Shown piece by piece: positions 1 to 8,528 of a stretch of DNA of 64,000 nt. Position numbers and translations under genes: made by a program. Location: positions 20,695-84,694 of the forward strand of contig DATEHC010000017.1 of NCBI GenBank assembly GCA_035279785.1, written 5' to 3'. The notes under the pieces are model-generated. The model saw only the letters and a list, made by a program, of their open reading frames with translations, was not told the origin of the DNA and searched no databases. The stretch comes from Candidatus Dormiibacterota bacterium. Its GTDB lineage: Bacteria > Chloroflexota > Dormibacteria > Dormibacterales > Dormibacteraceae. Position 1 is the stretch's first letter, and each line of letters begins with the position of its first letter.

Positions 1-161
1 ATCGCGGCGACCGCTATCGCCTGGTCGCCGACCTCGTACCGCAGCGGAGCCGCAACGGGCGCTCGGCCGGCGCCTCGCGTGGCGCGGCCGTCGCGGTGAG
101 GGCAGAGGGAGGCGACCACAACCGGGGCGCCGGCGCGCCGCATTCCAATCGATAGGGGGAT

Positions 162-1457
162 TTGCCCAAGGTGAATTTGCGAAAGACATGGTTTGGCGTC
201 ATCGGAATCGGGGTTGCCCTGGTCGTCGCGGCCTGTGGCGGCGGCACCTCTTCGAGCAACAACAGCGACCAGACGGGCACGTTGACGATCTGGCTCATGA
301 AGGGCAGCGCGCCTGACGCCGTGGTCAACGGCGTCAACGCCGACTTCAATGCCAAGTACCCGAACGTCAAAGTCAACGTCGAGATCCAGAACTGGGGTGA
401 CATCGGCACCAAGCTCGACACGGCGTACGCCGGCAGCGCGCCGCCGGACGTCGTCGAGCTCGGCAACACGTTGGTGGCCAAGTACGCCGCGGCCGGGGCG
501 CTCGAGGACATCAGCGGCAAGAAATCGTCGTTCGACAACTCCGGAACGTGGCTTCAGTCCCTGACCGACTCGTGCACCGTCAGCGGCAAGCTCTACTGCG
601 TCCCGTACTACGCGGGCAGCCGCGCGATCGTCTACCGCAAGGACCTGTTCACCGCGGCCGGCATCGCCAACCCGCCGACCAGCATGGACGAGCTCCTGTC
701 GGACGGCCAGAAGCTGATGGCCGCGAACAGCTCGGACCCCAACTTCTCCGCGCTCTATTTCCCCGGCAAGTACTGGTACGCGGCTCTTCCATTCGTGTGG
801 GACTTCGGCGGCGACATCGCAACTCAGTCGGGCGGAAAATGGACGGGCGCTCTGAACTCGTCCAGCGCGCAGCAGGGACTGACCACCCTCGACAACCTTG
901 TCACCAAGCTGTCGCGTGCAGACAAGACCGGCGATGAGGCCAAGCAGGACGCGGCCTTTGCGCAGGGCCACATCGCGATGATCATCGCCAACGGCTGGGA
1001 GGTCGGCGTCATCACCGACAAGACCAGCGGCAACCCGGCGCTAGCCGACAAGCTCGGCGCCTTCCCGATCCCCAGCCACAACGCGGGCGCGCAGGCGCCG
1101 GTGTTCCTGGGCGGCTCGGACTTCGGCGTCGCGGCCAAGAGTGCGCACCGAGACCTCGCCAACGCGTGGATCCAGACCTTCACCGACCAGAAGAACATGA
1201 GCCAGATGGCGACCGTGGGCGGGGTCATCCCGAACACGACCTCGCTCCTCGGCCTCGGCACCGGGATCAACGCCGTGTTCTACAACGCGGCCAAGACGAG
1301 CAAGTTCGTGCCCAACTCCCAGAACTGGGCCAGCGTCGAGAACGCAAACGTGCTCCCCGACATGCTGGTCAAGATATTCACCGGGCAGCAGGGCATTCCT
1401 GCCGCCACGTCGGCCGCGAGCACCAGGATCACCTCGATCCTGAACGGCGGCGGCTAA
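162..1457 (+). CDS. ABC transporter solute-binding lipoprotein (family 1, sugar/amino-sugar type)
   Basis: 431-aa ORF with signal peptide and lipobox-like 'VVAACGGG'. Overall SBP_bac_1-like sequence. First gene of a co-directional amino-sugar operon. TTG at 162 lies directly after the AGGGGGA motif (154-160), so GTG at 171 is an alternative start. Confidence 0.9.
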   Translation: MPKVNLRKTWFGVIGIGVALVVAACGGGTSSSNNSDQTGTLTIWLMKGSAPDAVVNGVNADFNAKYPNVKVNVEIQNWGDIGTKLDTAYAGSAPPDVVELGNTLVAKYAAAGALEDISGKKSSFDNSGTWLQSLTDSCTVSGKLYCVPYYAGSRAIVYRKDLFTAAGIANPPTSMDELLSDGQKLMAANSSDPNFSALYFPGKYWYAALPFVWDFGGDIATQSGGKWTGALNSSSAQQGLTTLDNLVTKLSRADKTGDEAKQDAAFAQGHIAMIIANGWEVGVITDKTSGNPALADKLGAFPIPSHNAGAQAPVFLGGSDFGVAAKSAHRDLANAWIQTFTDQKNMSQMATVGGVIPNTTSLLGLGTGINAVFYNAAKTSKFVPNSQNWASVENANVLPDMLVKIFTGQQGIPAATSAASTRITSILNGGG

Positions 1458-1498
1458 CTCCGGAATCGACTAAAAGAGAACTAAGGGGGGCTGGCTCT

Positions 1499-2464
1499 AT
1501 GGCGACGGCGGTGACCACGCCAGACCTGGAGCCCAGCCCTTCTTCTTTGGGCGAGGAAGAGCGGTCCTACGCCCAGCGGAGGGCGCACATCCTGCCCTAC
1601 GCCGTGATCGCGCCGAGCCTGGTGATCATCGGCGGCCTCCTCGCCTTTCCCCTCGGGTGGCTGGCCTGGATATCGCTCCAGCACTATGGCCTGAAGGAGC
1701 TGATCAACCACCAGGGCGAGTGGGTCGGCCTCGAGAACTATCAGTCGATCCTCGTCGACCCGCTTTTCCGCCAGGTCCTCTTCCGGACGCTCCTGTTCAC
1801 GGTCGCCTGCGTCGCGCTCACCATCGCGCTGAGCACGCTGATCGCGATGCTTCTGACCAGAGTCCGCCGGGTCGTCCGGATCATCGTCATGAGCGCACTG
1901 GTTTTCGTGTGGGCGACGCCCGTGATCGTCACCGTCGATATCTGGCAGTGGATGTTCGACTACGAGTTCGGCGTCATCAACTACCTGCTCACGCAGCTGC
2001 ACCTCGGCAACTTCATCCACCACAACTGGTTCGACAACCCCGCCCAGGGCTGGAGCGTGTTCGTGGTCGTCGTGGTGTGGGGTGCGATCCCGTTCGTCAC
2101 GATCGTCCTGTTCGCGGCCCTGCTGCAGGTGCCGTCGGAGGTGATCGAAGCCGCGCAGGTCGACGGCGCGGCTGCTTGGCAGCGCTTCTGGTACGTGACC
2201 GCCCCGATTCTCAAGCCAGTCTTCCTGATCGTGACCTGCCTTTCGACGATCTGGGACTTCGGGGTGTTCAACCAGATCTACGTCCTGCTCAACGAGAGAC
2301 CAAGCTCCGATTACTACACGATTGCGATCTATTCGTACCGCGAGTCGTTCGGCGTCACGCAGTACGGGCTCGGAGCCGCGATCGCGGTCCTGATGGTGAT
2401 AGTGCTCGTGGTCGTCACGTTCTTCTACGTGCGCGAAACCGTCAGGGTTGCGGAGATCGGATGA
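1499..2464 (+). CDS. ABC sugar transporter permease (MalF/UgpA-like)
   Basis: In-frame ATG at 1499 inside the long ORF 1166..2464. From 'MATAVTT...' onward the sequence is multi-TM and permease-like. The upstream part of the ORF is Arg-rich and overlaps the SBP gene. Confidence 0.9.
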   Translation: MATAVTTPDLEPSPSSLGEEERSYAQRRAHILPYAVIAPSLVIIGGLLAFPLGWLAWISLQHYGLKELINHQGEWVGLENYQSILVDPLFRQVLFRTLLFTVACVALTIALSTLIAMLLTRVRRVVRIIVMSALVFVWATPVIVTVDIWQWMFDYEFGVINYLLTQLHLGNFIHHNWFDNPAQGWSVFVVVVVWGAIPFVTIVLFAALLQVPSEVIEAAQVDGAAAWQRFWYVTAPILKPVFLIVTCLSTIWDFGVFNQIYVLLNERPSSDYYTIAIYSYRESFGVTQYGLGAAIAVLMVIVLVVVTFFYVRETVRVAEIG

Positions 2465-3366
2465 TCGCGCCCGAAACGGCCCAGGGCGTTCGCGTCAGCA
2501 AGGCGCGCACAGAGTCCAGAGCGCGGACTGAAATCAACGTCTGGCGCGGCTCGAGGCAGCTGCTGATCGATGCGGCCGGGCTCGCCGTCGCCGCGATCAT
2601 GCTGTTCCCGATCTACTGGATGGTAAGCACGGCGCTCAAGCCGGGACGCGACATCCTGACCCTCACGCCCAAGTGGTACCCGTCGCCCTTCACGCTGCAG
2701 AACTTCCAGAACGCGATCACGCGTCCCTATTTCATCGACGACGTCAGGAACAGCCTGACGATCGTCGGCGTGATGCTCGTGCTCGCGCTTGCAGTCGGCT
2801 TTCTCGCGGCGGTCGGAGCGGCGCGGTTCGGGTTCCGCGGGCGCACGGCCTACCTCGTGATGATCATCGGCGTCCAGATGGTGCCGCTCAACTCGTTGAT
2901 CATTCCGCTGTACCTCGCTCTCGACAGCGTGGGCCAGGTCGACGCGCTGCCGGGCGTCATCGCGATCTACCTCGCGGCCGTGCTGCCCTTCATGATCTGG
3001 ACCCTTCGCGGATTCGTCGCCAACATTCCGGTCGAGCTGGAAGAGTCGGCGATGATCGACGGCACCACCCGCCTCGGCGCGTTCTTCCGCATCACGTTCC
3101 CGCTCGTCGCGCCGGGCCTGGTCGCCACCGCGATCTTCGCCAGCATCCAGGCCTGGAACGAATACATCATCGCGTACGTCGTCCTCTCCAGCCCTCAGAA
3201 CCAGACGCTCACGATCTGGCTCGCGTCGTTCACCACCAACCACGGGCCGGAGTGGGGACCGCTGATGGCCGGCGCCACGCTGATCGGCCTGCCGGTCGTC
3301 GCCTTCTTCTTGCTCCTTCAGCGCTACCTGGTCGGCGGTCTCACCGCGGGTTCGGTGAAGGGATGA
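2461..3366 (+). CDS. ABC sugar transporter permease (MalG/UgpE-like)
   Basis: ATG at 2461 overlaps the upstream stop (ATGA). EAA-loop-like 'ESAMIDGTTRLGAFFRITFPLVAPG'. Six hydrophobic segments. Confidence 0.9.
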   Translation: MIAPETAQGVRVSKARTESRARTEINVWRGSRQLLIDAAGLAVAAIMLFPIYWMVSTALKPGRDILTLTPKWYPSPFTLQNFQNAITRPYFIDDVRNSLTIVGVMLVLALAVGFLAAVGAARFGFRGRTAYLVMIIGVQMVPLNSLIIPLYLALDSVGQVDALPGVIAIYLAAVLPFMIWTLRGFVANIPVELEESAMIDGTTRLGAFFRITFPLVAPGLVATAIFASIQAWNEYIIAYVVLSSPQNQTLTIWLASFTTNHGPEWGPLMAGATLIGLPVVAFFLLLQRYLVGGLTAGSVKG

Positions 3367-4730
3367 GCTCCGCGCTGCGCTGCGTCTTTCCCGGATTCGA
3401 GGGGACCACTGCGCCCCACTGGCTTCTTCGTGCCGTGGATCAAGGCCTTGGCGGCGTCGTTCTCTTCGCGCGCAACATCGAGGACCGCGATCAGGTGGCG
3501 GAGCTCGTCGCTTCGCTGCACGCCATGAGGCACGACCTCATCGTCGCCATCGACGAGGAGGGCGGGGACGTCACGCGCCTGGAGGCCAAGACTGGCAGCT
3601 CCTATCCCGGCAACCTCGCGCTGGGAGCCGCGCACGATCCTGCGCTGACGGAGGCCGTGGCGAGAGCCATCGGCGACGACCTCGCGTCGCTCGGCATCGA
3701 CCTCAACTTCGCGCCGGTCGCGGACGTGAACAGCGATCCCCGGAACCCGGTGATCGGCGTGCGCTCGTTCGGCTCCGACCCCGTGCAGGTGGCGGACCAG
3801 ACCGCTGCGTGGGTGCGCGGCCTGCAGAGCGCCGGCGTGGCCGCGACCGCCAAGCACTTTCCCGGCCACGGCGGCACGTCGGCGGATTCCCACCACGAGC
3901 TGCCCGTCGGCGAAGCTGAGCTGCGGCCGTTCGAGGGGGCTATCGCCGCGGGCGTGCGGGCCGTGATGAGCGCGCACATCGTCGTGCCGACTCTCGACGC
4001 GACGCCGGCGACGATCAGCCATCCGGTGATGACGGGCACGCTCCGGGGCGAGCTCGGGTTCGATGGGCTCGCGATCAGCGACGGCCTGGACATGCGTGGC
4101 ATCAGCGGCGATCGCGGGATCGGTGAGGCGGCCGCGCTAGCGGTTGCGGCCGGTTGCGACGCGCTCTGCGTCGGCGGCGGACCGACCGGTCCCGAGGTCG
4201 TGGACGAGATCGTCGCGGCGCTCACCGCGAAGGTCAGCCGTGAACGGCTCGAGGAAGCCGCGGAGCGGGTGGGGGCGCTGGCGCGCTGGCGCGCCTCCCA
4301 ACATTCCGGCGCTTCGCGTGTCGACGGAGTTGGCCTGGAGGCCGCAAGAAAAGCCTTATGGATCTCCGGCGACGTCCGGGTGCGCGACCATGCGGTGGTC
4401 ATGCGCTTCGCGACCGAGCCGTCCGTCGCCGCCGGGCCGATGCCGTGGGGGATGGCGTCCGCGCTGGCGAACCGAGGCGTTCAAGTCCACGACAACAGGC
4501 CCGACAGCGGGCGCGACGCCGGCGCGAGCCTTGTCCTGGTCGTGCGCGACCTGCACCGCAACCCGGAGCACGTTGCTGCGGTCGAAAGTGTCCTCGCCGG
4601 GCGGCCCGACGCGATCCTCGTCGAGATGGGGGTGCCGGTGTGCCGGCCCAAGGCGGCGAAGGCGTATCTCGCCACGCACGGCTCCGCGCGCGTGTGCGCC
4701 GAGGCCGCCGCCGAGGTCATGACCCGATGA
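3363..4730 (+). CDS. nagZ: Glycoside hydrolase family 3 beta-N-acetylhexosaminidase (NagZ-like)
   Basis: ATG at 3363 overlaps the permease stop (ATGA). GH3 motifs 'KHFPGHG' and 'ISDGLDM'. Lies in an amino-sugar operon. Confidence 0.85.
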   Translation: MSSALRCVFPGFEGTTAPHWLLRAVDQGLGGVVLFARNIEDRDQVAELVASLHAMRHDLIVAIDEEGGDVTRLEAKTGSSYPGNLALGAAHDPALTEAVARAIGDDLASLGIDLNFAPVADVNSDPRNPVIGVRSFGSDPVQVADQTAAWVRGLQSAGVAATAKHFPGHGGTSADSHHELPVGEAELRPFEGAIAAGVRAVMSAHIVVPTLDATPATISHPVMTGTLRGELGFDGLAISDGLDMRGISGDRGIGEAAALAVAAGCDALCVGGGPTGPEVVDEIVAALTAKVSRERLEEAAERVGALARWRASQHSGASRVDGVGLEAARKALWISGDVRVRDHAVVMRFATEPSVAAGPMPWGMASALANRGVQVHDNRPDSGRDAGASLVLVVRDLHRNPEHVAAVESVLAGRPDAILVEMGVPVCRPKAAKAYLATHGSARVCAEAAAEVMTR

Positions 4731-4752
4731 GCACCAGATGAGCACCAGATGA
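4727..4752 (+). repeat. 11-bp tandem duplication (ATGAGCACCAG x2, then ATGAGC) at the nagZ-murQ junction
   Basis: ATG at 4727, 4738 and 4749. The first two open identical ORFs, ATG AGC ACC AGA TGA (MSTR*). Each TGA overlaps the next ATG, and the first ATG overlaps the nagZ stop (4728-4730). Confidence 0.9.
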
Positions 4753-5525
4753 GCGAAGAAGTCCACCCGCGCGCCGACGACCTGGACGCGATGAGCTCGC
4801 TCGACCTGGTGGAGCTCATGCACGAAGAGGACGCGCGAGCCGTGGCCGCGCTTGCGCCGCAGCTGTCGAACATCGCGCGGGCGATCGACGCCGTCGCCGA
4901 GAGGCTGCGCGCCGGTGGACGCATGCATTACTTCGGCGCGGGTACCAGCGGCCTGATCGCGGCGATGGACGCGTTCGAATGCCCTGCCACCTTTGGCGTC
5001 GACCTCGTGCAGGCGCACGTCGTGACCGAGCCTGGTCAGGAGGACGATCGCGAGCTGGGCGTCCGGAAGGCGCGCAGCGCCGGGCTGCGTGAAGGCGACG
5101 TCGCGGTCGGCGTCAGCGCGAGCGGCCGCACGGCGTTCGTGTTGGGCGCGCTGAAACAGGCCGCGCAGGACGGCGCGTTTCGCATCGCCGTCGCGTGCCA
5201 CTCGGAGTCGCAGGCCGGCCGGCTGGCTGACGTTGCGATCGAGGTGGAGACTGGCCCGGAGGTGATCGCCGGCTCGACGCGCCTCAAGGCCGGGACCGCG
5301 CAGAAGCTCGTTCTCAACATGCTCAGCACCGGCGTCTTCACGCGCCTGGGCCGCACCCACCGCGGTCGGATGGTCGGGGTCGTGCCGGGCAACGCCAAGC
5401 TCCGCGAGCGCGCCGCGCGCATCATCGCGGACCTAGCGGGCGTATCGATCGAGGTGGCGCGCCGGCGCCTCGACGAGGCGGGTGGCGACGTGGGCGCCGT
5501 GCTCGGCGCGGAGCGGCGCGCATGA
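4749..5525 (+). CDS. murQ: N-acetylmuramic acid 6-phosphate etherase
   Basis: 258 aa. SIS-domain etherase-like sequence ('YFGAGTSGLIAAMDAFECPATFG', 'GSTRLKAGTAQK'). Confidence 0.9.
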   Translation: MSEEVHPRADDLDAMSSLDLVELMHEEDARAVAALAPQLSNIARAIDAVAERLRAGGRMHYFGAGTSGLIAAMDAFECPATFGVDLVQAHVVTEPGQEDDRELGVRKARSAGLREGDVAVGVSASGRTAFVLGALKQAAQDGAFRIAVACHSESQAGRLADVAIEVETGPEVIAGSTRLKAGTAQKLVLNMLSTGVFTRLGRTHRGRMVGVVPGNAKLRERAARIIADLAGVSIEVARRRLDEAGGDVGAVLGAERRA

Positions 5526-6652
5526 AGATCCTTCTGCGCGGCCGCGTGCACGGGCGTGACGCCGTCCACGGCGTCCTCGTCGACGGTGACTCGATCGTGT
5601 GGGTAGGCAGGGGCAAGCCGCCCGAGCGTCCGGACGAGGAGGTGGTCGCGAGGCCGGACGAGACGATCGCTCCCGGATTCATCGACCTTCAGGTCAACGG
5701 CTTTTGCGGGCACGACGCGGCGGCGGGCGCGGAGGCGATCGCCAAGGTCTCGGAGGCGCTGCCTTCGACGGGCGTGACCGCGTTCCTGCCCACAGTGATC
5801 TCGGAGCCGGTCGAGGTGGGCGCGGCGTTCGTCGCGGCGGTTGGCGCCGCCGCCGAGTCCACCGGCGCGCGGGTGCTCGGCGCGCACGTCGAGGGTCCCT
5901 TCCTCAATCCATCATTCCGTGGCGCGCACCTGCGCAGCCACCTTGCCGAGCCGACCAGGGAGAACGTCGACGTGCTCCTCGCGGCGCGTCCGCGGCTCGT
6001 CACCCTCGCGCCGGAGCTTCCCGGCGCGCTCGAGGCCATAGAGCGGATGCACGCCGCCGGCATCGTCGTCGCCGCCGGCCACAGCGGCGCGGACTTCGAG
6101 CAGGGGCGCAAGGCGGTCGCGGCCGGCGTGCGTTTTGCGACGCATCTGTACAACGCGATGCCGCCAGTCCACCATCGGCGCCCCGGCGTCGCGCTCGCGC
6201 TGATGCTCGACCCGCGGGTCACCACCGGCTTGATCGCCGACGGCGAGCACGTCCACCCCGCGGTGTGCGAGCAGCTGGTTCGCGTGAAGGGTCCGACGCG
6301 CATCGCGCTGACGACGGACCAGACCTCGGCCGCCGGCGCTCCGGCGGGGACCTACGAGCTGTCGGGCCGAACGGTGATGAGCGACGGCCGGGTGGTGCGT
6401 CTCGAGGACGGGACCCTGGCGGGAAGCGCGGCGACGATGCCAGACCTCGTGCGCATGACCGCCCGGCTGCCGGGCATGAACCTCGACCGCGCGATCGGGC
6501 TCGCGGCGGGTGTGCCCGCGCGTGTGCTGGGCGAGCGGCGGCTTGGTCGCATCGCCGCGGGCGCTTGCGCCGACCTCGTCGTGCTCGACGCCGACGCCAA
6601 CGTGCGCCTGACGATGATCCGGGGGGCGGTCAAATTTCGCCAGCAGTCCTAG
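5522..6652 (+). CDS. nagA: N-acetylglucosamine-6-phosphate deacetylase
   Basis: ATGA overlap with the murQ stop. 'GFIDLQVNG', 'THLYNAMP' and 'GxIADGxH'-type motifs of the NagA amidohydrolases. Confidence 0.9.
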   Translation: MKILLRGRVHGRDAVHGVLVDGDSIVWVGRGKPPERPDEEVVARPDETIAPGFIDLQVNGFCGHDAAAGAEAIAKVSEALPSTGVTAFLPTVISEPVEVGAAFVAAVGAAAESTGARVLGAHVEGPFLNPSFRGAHLRSHLAEPTRENVDVLLAARPRLVTLAPELPGALEAIERMHAAGIVVAAGHSGADFEQGRKAVAAGVRFATHLYNAMPPVHHRRPGVALALMLDPRVTTGLIADGEHVHPAVCEQLVRVKGPTRIALTTDQTSAAGAPAGTYELSGRTVMSDGRVVRLEDGTLAGSAATMPDLVRMTARLPGMNLDRAIGLAAGVPARVLGERRLGRIAAGACADLVVLDADANVRLTMIRGAVKFRQQS

Positions 6653-6684
6653 GCCAAAGAGTTTTGGGCCAAGCCGTATTAGGG

Positions 6685-7539
6685 ATGGACATCGGCGGGT
6701 CTTCGAGCCGCGCCCGTCTTCGCGACGAGGCGAACGTAATGCACGACGCCGAAGGCCCGGGGGCCAACGTGGCGACGCTCTCGGCGAAGCTGGTCGACGA
6801 CCGCGTGACCGAGCTCCTGCGCAGCCTGGGCGACGCGCGTCCGCGCGCGTGCTGCGCCGGCGCGGCCGGAGCGGAGGTCGCCGAAGGTCGCGCTCGGCTT
6901 GAGTCGCTGCTCGGGCGGCTGCTGCCCGAATGCCGGCTGATGGTCGTCCACGACACGCGCCTCGTGCTCGCAGCCGCCGGGCTGGACGAAGGGATCGCCC
7001 TGATCGCCGGTACCGGGTCTGTCGCATACGGCCGAACCCGCGACGGCCGTGAGGTCCAGCGCGGTGGCTGGGGCTGGATGATCGGCGACGAGGGCAGTGG
7101 CGTCTGGATCACGCGCGAGGCCGTCCGGCTCCTGATGACCCGGACCGAGCGCGGATACAGCCTCGGCGAGCTGGGCGAAGCGATGCTCGCGGCGGCCGCG
7201 GTCGCCGACGTGCGGCAGCTGATCCTGAAGCTGCACTCGCGGCACGAGCCGCGCGACTGGGCGACCCTGGCGCGCGTCGTGTCCGGCACGGCAGATCTCG
7301 ACGTCGGAGCCCGCGAGGTTCTGCGACGCGCGGGCGTGGAGCTCGCCCAACGCGTGACCGAGGTGGAGGTCGCCCTGGATCTGCCGGGCCCGGTCGTGCT
7401 CGCCGGAGGGCTCCTCCTCAACGAGCCACGAATCGAGGAATCGGTGCGCGCGAGCCTGCCGCACATGCGCATCGTGCCTCTCGAGCAGCCGCCGGTCGAG
7501 GGAGCCGTGCGCCTGGCCGAGGAGCTTCTGCGCGGGTGA
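6685..7539 (+). CDS. BadF/BadG/BcrA/BcrD-type ATPase, GlcNAc/MurNAc kinase-like (MurK-like)
   Basis: ATG at 6685 in frame within the long ORF 5599..7539. 'MDIGGSSSR...' N-terminus and 'GGWGWMIGDEGSG' are typical of BadF-type sugar kinases. The upstream 360 aa of the ORF are Arg-rich and overlap nagA. Confidence 0.8.
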   Translation: MDIGGSSSRARLRDEANVMHDAEGPGANVATLSAKLVDDRVTELLRSLGDARPRACCAGAAGAEVAEGRARLESLLGRLLPECRLMVVHDTRLVLAAAGLDEGIALIAGTGSVAYGRTRDGREVQRGGWGWMIGDEGSGVWITREAVRLLMTRTERGYSLGELGEAMLAAAAVADVRQLILKLHSRHEPRDWATLARVVSGTADLDVGAREVLRRAGVELAQRVTEVEVALDLPGPVVLAGGLLLNEPRIEESVRASLPHMRIVPLEQPPVEGAVRLAEELLRG

Positions 7540-8528
7540 GCCACTTCCGCACCGAGATCGCCGAACAGGTCGAGGTCGCGTCGCGGCTGCTCGACCGTGG
7601 GCCCGATACCGCCGCGAGAATCGCCGATCGGATCCGCGACGCATCGTCGCGCGGGTTCGTGATCGCCGCGCGCGGCAGCTCCGACAACGCCGCGCTTTAT
7701 GCGAAGTATCTGTTCGGTGTACGCAACCGCGCGCTGGTCGCACTGGCCGCGCCATCACTCTTCACGCATTACTCACGGCCGCCGAAGCTGGACGGTCAGT
7801 GCGTGATCGGCATCTCGCAATCGGGCGAGTCGCCCGACGTGATCGCGGTCATCGAGGGTGCGCGCGAGCAAGGCTGCGCGACGGTTGCCATCACCAACGC
7901 GACCACCTCGAAGCTTGCGCGCACGGCCGAGCTCGTGCTTCCGATGGAGGCGGGACCCGAGCTCAGCGTGCCCGCGTCGAAGACCTACACCGCGAGCCTG
8001 CTGGCGATGGCGATGTTGTCGCAGGCGCTCGACCCGGACCCGGACTTCGAGGCCGCGCTCACGACAGTGCCGGCGGCGATCGCGCGGACCCTCGAGCGCG
8101 ACGACGAGCTCGCCGCGCTGGTGCCGCCGCTGCTCGGCCCGCGCGCGGTCGTGCTCGGTCGGGGCTTCAACTTCTCGACGGCGGAAGAGATCGCGCTGAA
8201 GCTCAGCGAGACGAGCTACGTGCTTGCGCGGGCCTGGTCGGTCGCCGACTTCGAGCACGGACCGATCGCGATCATGGAGGCGGGTCTACCGGTGCTCCTC
8301 GTCGACGGTGGCGGCCTCGTCGCGTCCGACCTCGAATCCATTCGCTCGCGCCTCGAATCGAGAGGCTGTTCGGTGCTTCATCTCTTCGACGTCTCGGGTC
8401 TGCCCGAAGAGCTCACGCCCATCCCGCTCGCGGTGCTGGGCCAGCTGCTCGCGCACCAGGTCGCGACCGCGCGGGGCTTCGACCCCGACCGGCCGCGCGC
8501 TATTCAGAAGGTCACGCGGACCTGGTGA
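7536..8528 (+). CDS. SIS-domain sugar isomerase/deaminase (GlmS isomerase-domain-like, NagB-II/AgaS-like)
   Basis: GTGA overlap with the kinase stop. Two SIS repeats ('ARGSSDNAA', 'ISQSGESPD'). Confidence 0.8.
   Translation: MSHFRTEIAEQVEVASRLLDRGPDTAARIADRIRDASSRGFVIAARGSSDNAALYAKYLFGVRNRALVALAAPSLFTHYSRPPKLDGQCVIGISQSGESPDVIAVIEGAREQGCATVAITNATTSKLARTAELVLPMEAGPELSVPASKTYTASLLAMAMLSQALDPDPDFEAALTTVPAAIARTLERDDELAALVPPLLGPRAVVLGRGFNFSTAEEIALKLSETSYVLARAWSVADFEHGPIAIMEAGLPVLLVDGGGLVASDLESIRSRLESRGCSVLHLFDVSGLPEELTPIPLAVLGQLLAHQVATARGFDPDRPRAIQKVTRTW

Noticed and set aside
1-161. Possible 3' end of an upstream gene (frame-3 peptide '...GDRYRLVADLVPQRS...' ending at TAG 151-153)
   Set aside because: The sequence is too short and too low in information to assign, and the composition after the first ~15 codons looks non-coding.
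14-538. 174-aa minus-strand ORF at the window start
   Set aside because: It lies antisense to the well-supported solute-binding protein gene and has a low-complexity Ala/Ser/Pro/Thr composition. It is a typical shadow ORF of a GC-rich genome.
4727-4752. Possibility that the short tandem repeats here, at 16101..16118 and at 28974..29003 are a CRISPR array or minisatellite
   Set aside because: The units are only 9-11 bp, present in 2-3 directly adjacent copies without spacers, and no cas genes are present. They are treated as simple tandem duplications.
5599-6684. N-terminal ~360 aa of the 646-aa ORF 5599..7539, and similar long 5' extensions of ORFs 1166..2464, 1657..3366, 2673..4730, 24588..25829, 34663..35802, 36056..37408, 42480..44021, 49799..51208, 53089..54447, 54978..56225, 58335..59609 and 60215..61621
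   Set aside because: The extensions are Arg/Gly/Pro-rich, overlap better-supported genes in another frame and have no family resemblance. Family-like sequence begins at internal ATG/GTG/TTG codons that form tight junctions with the upstream gene.
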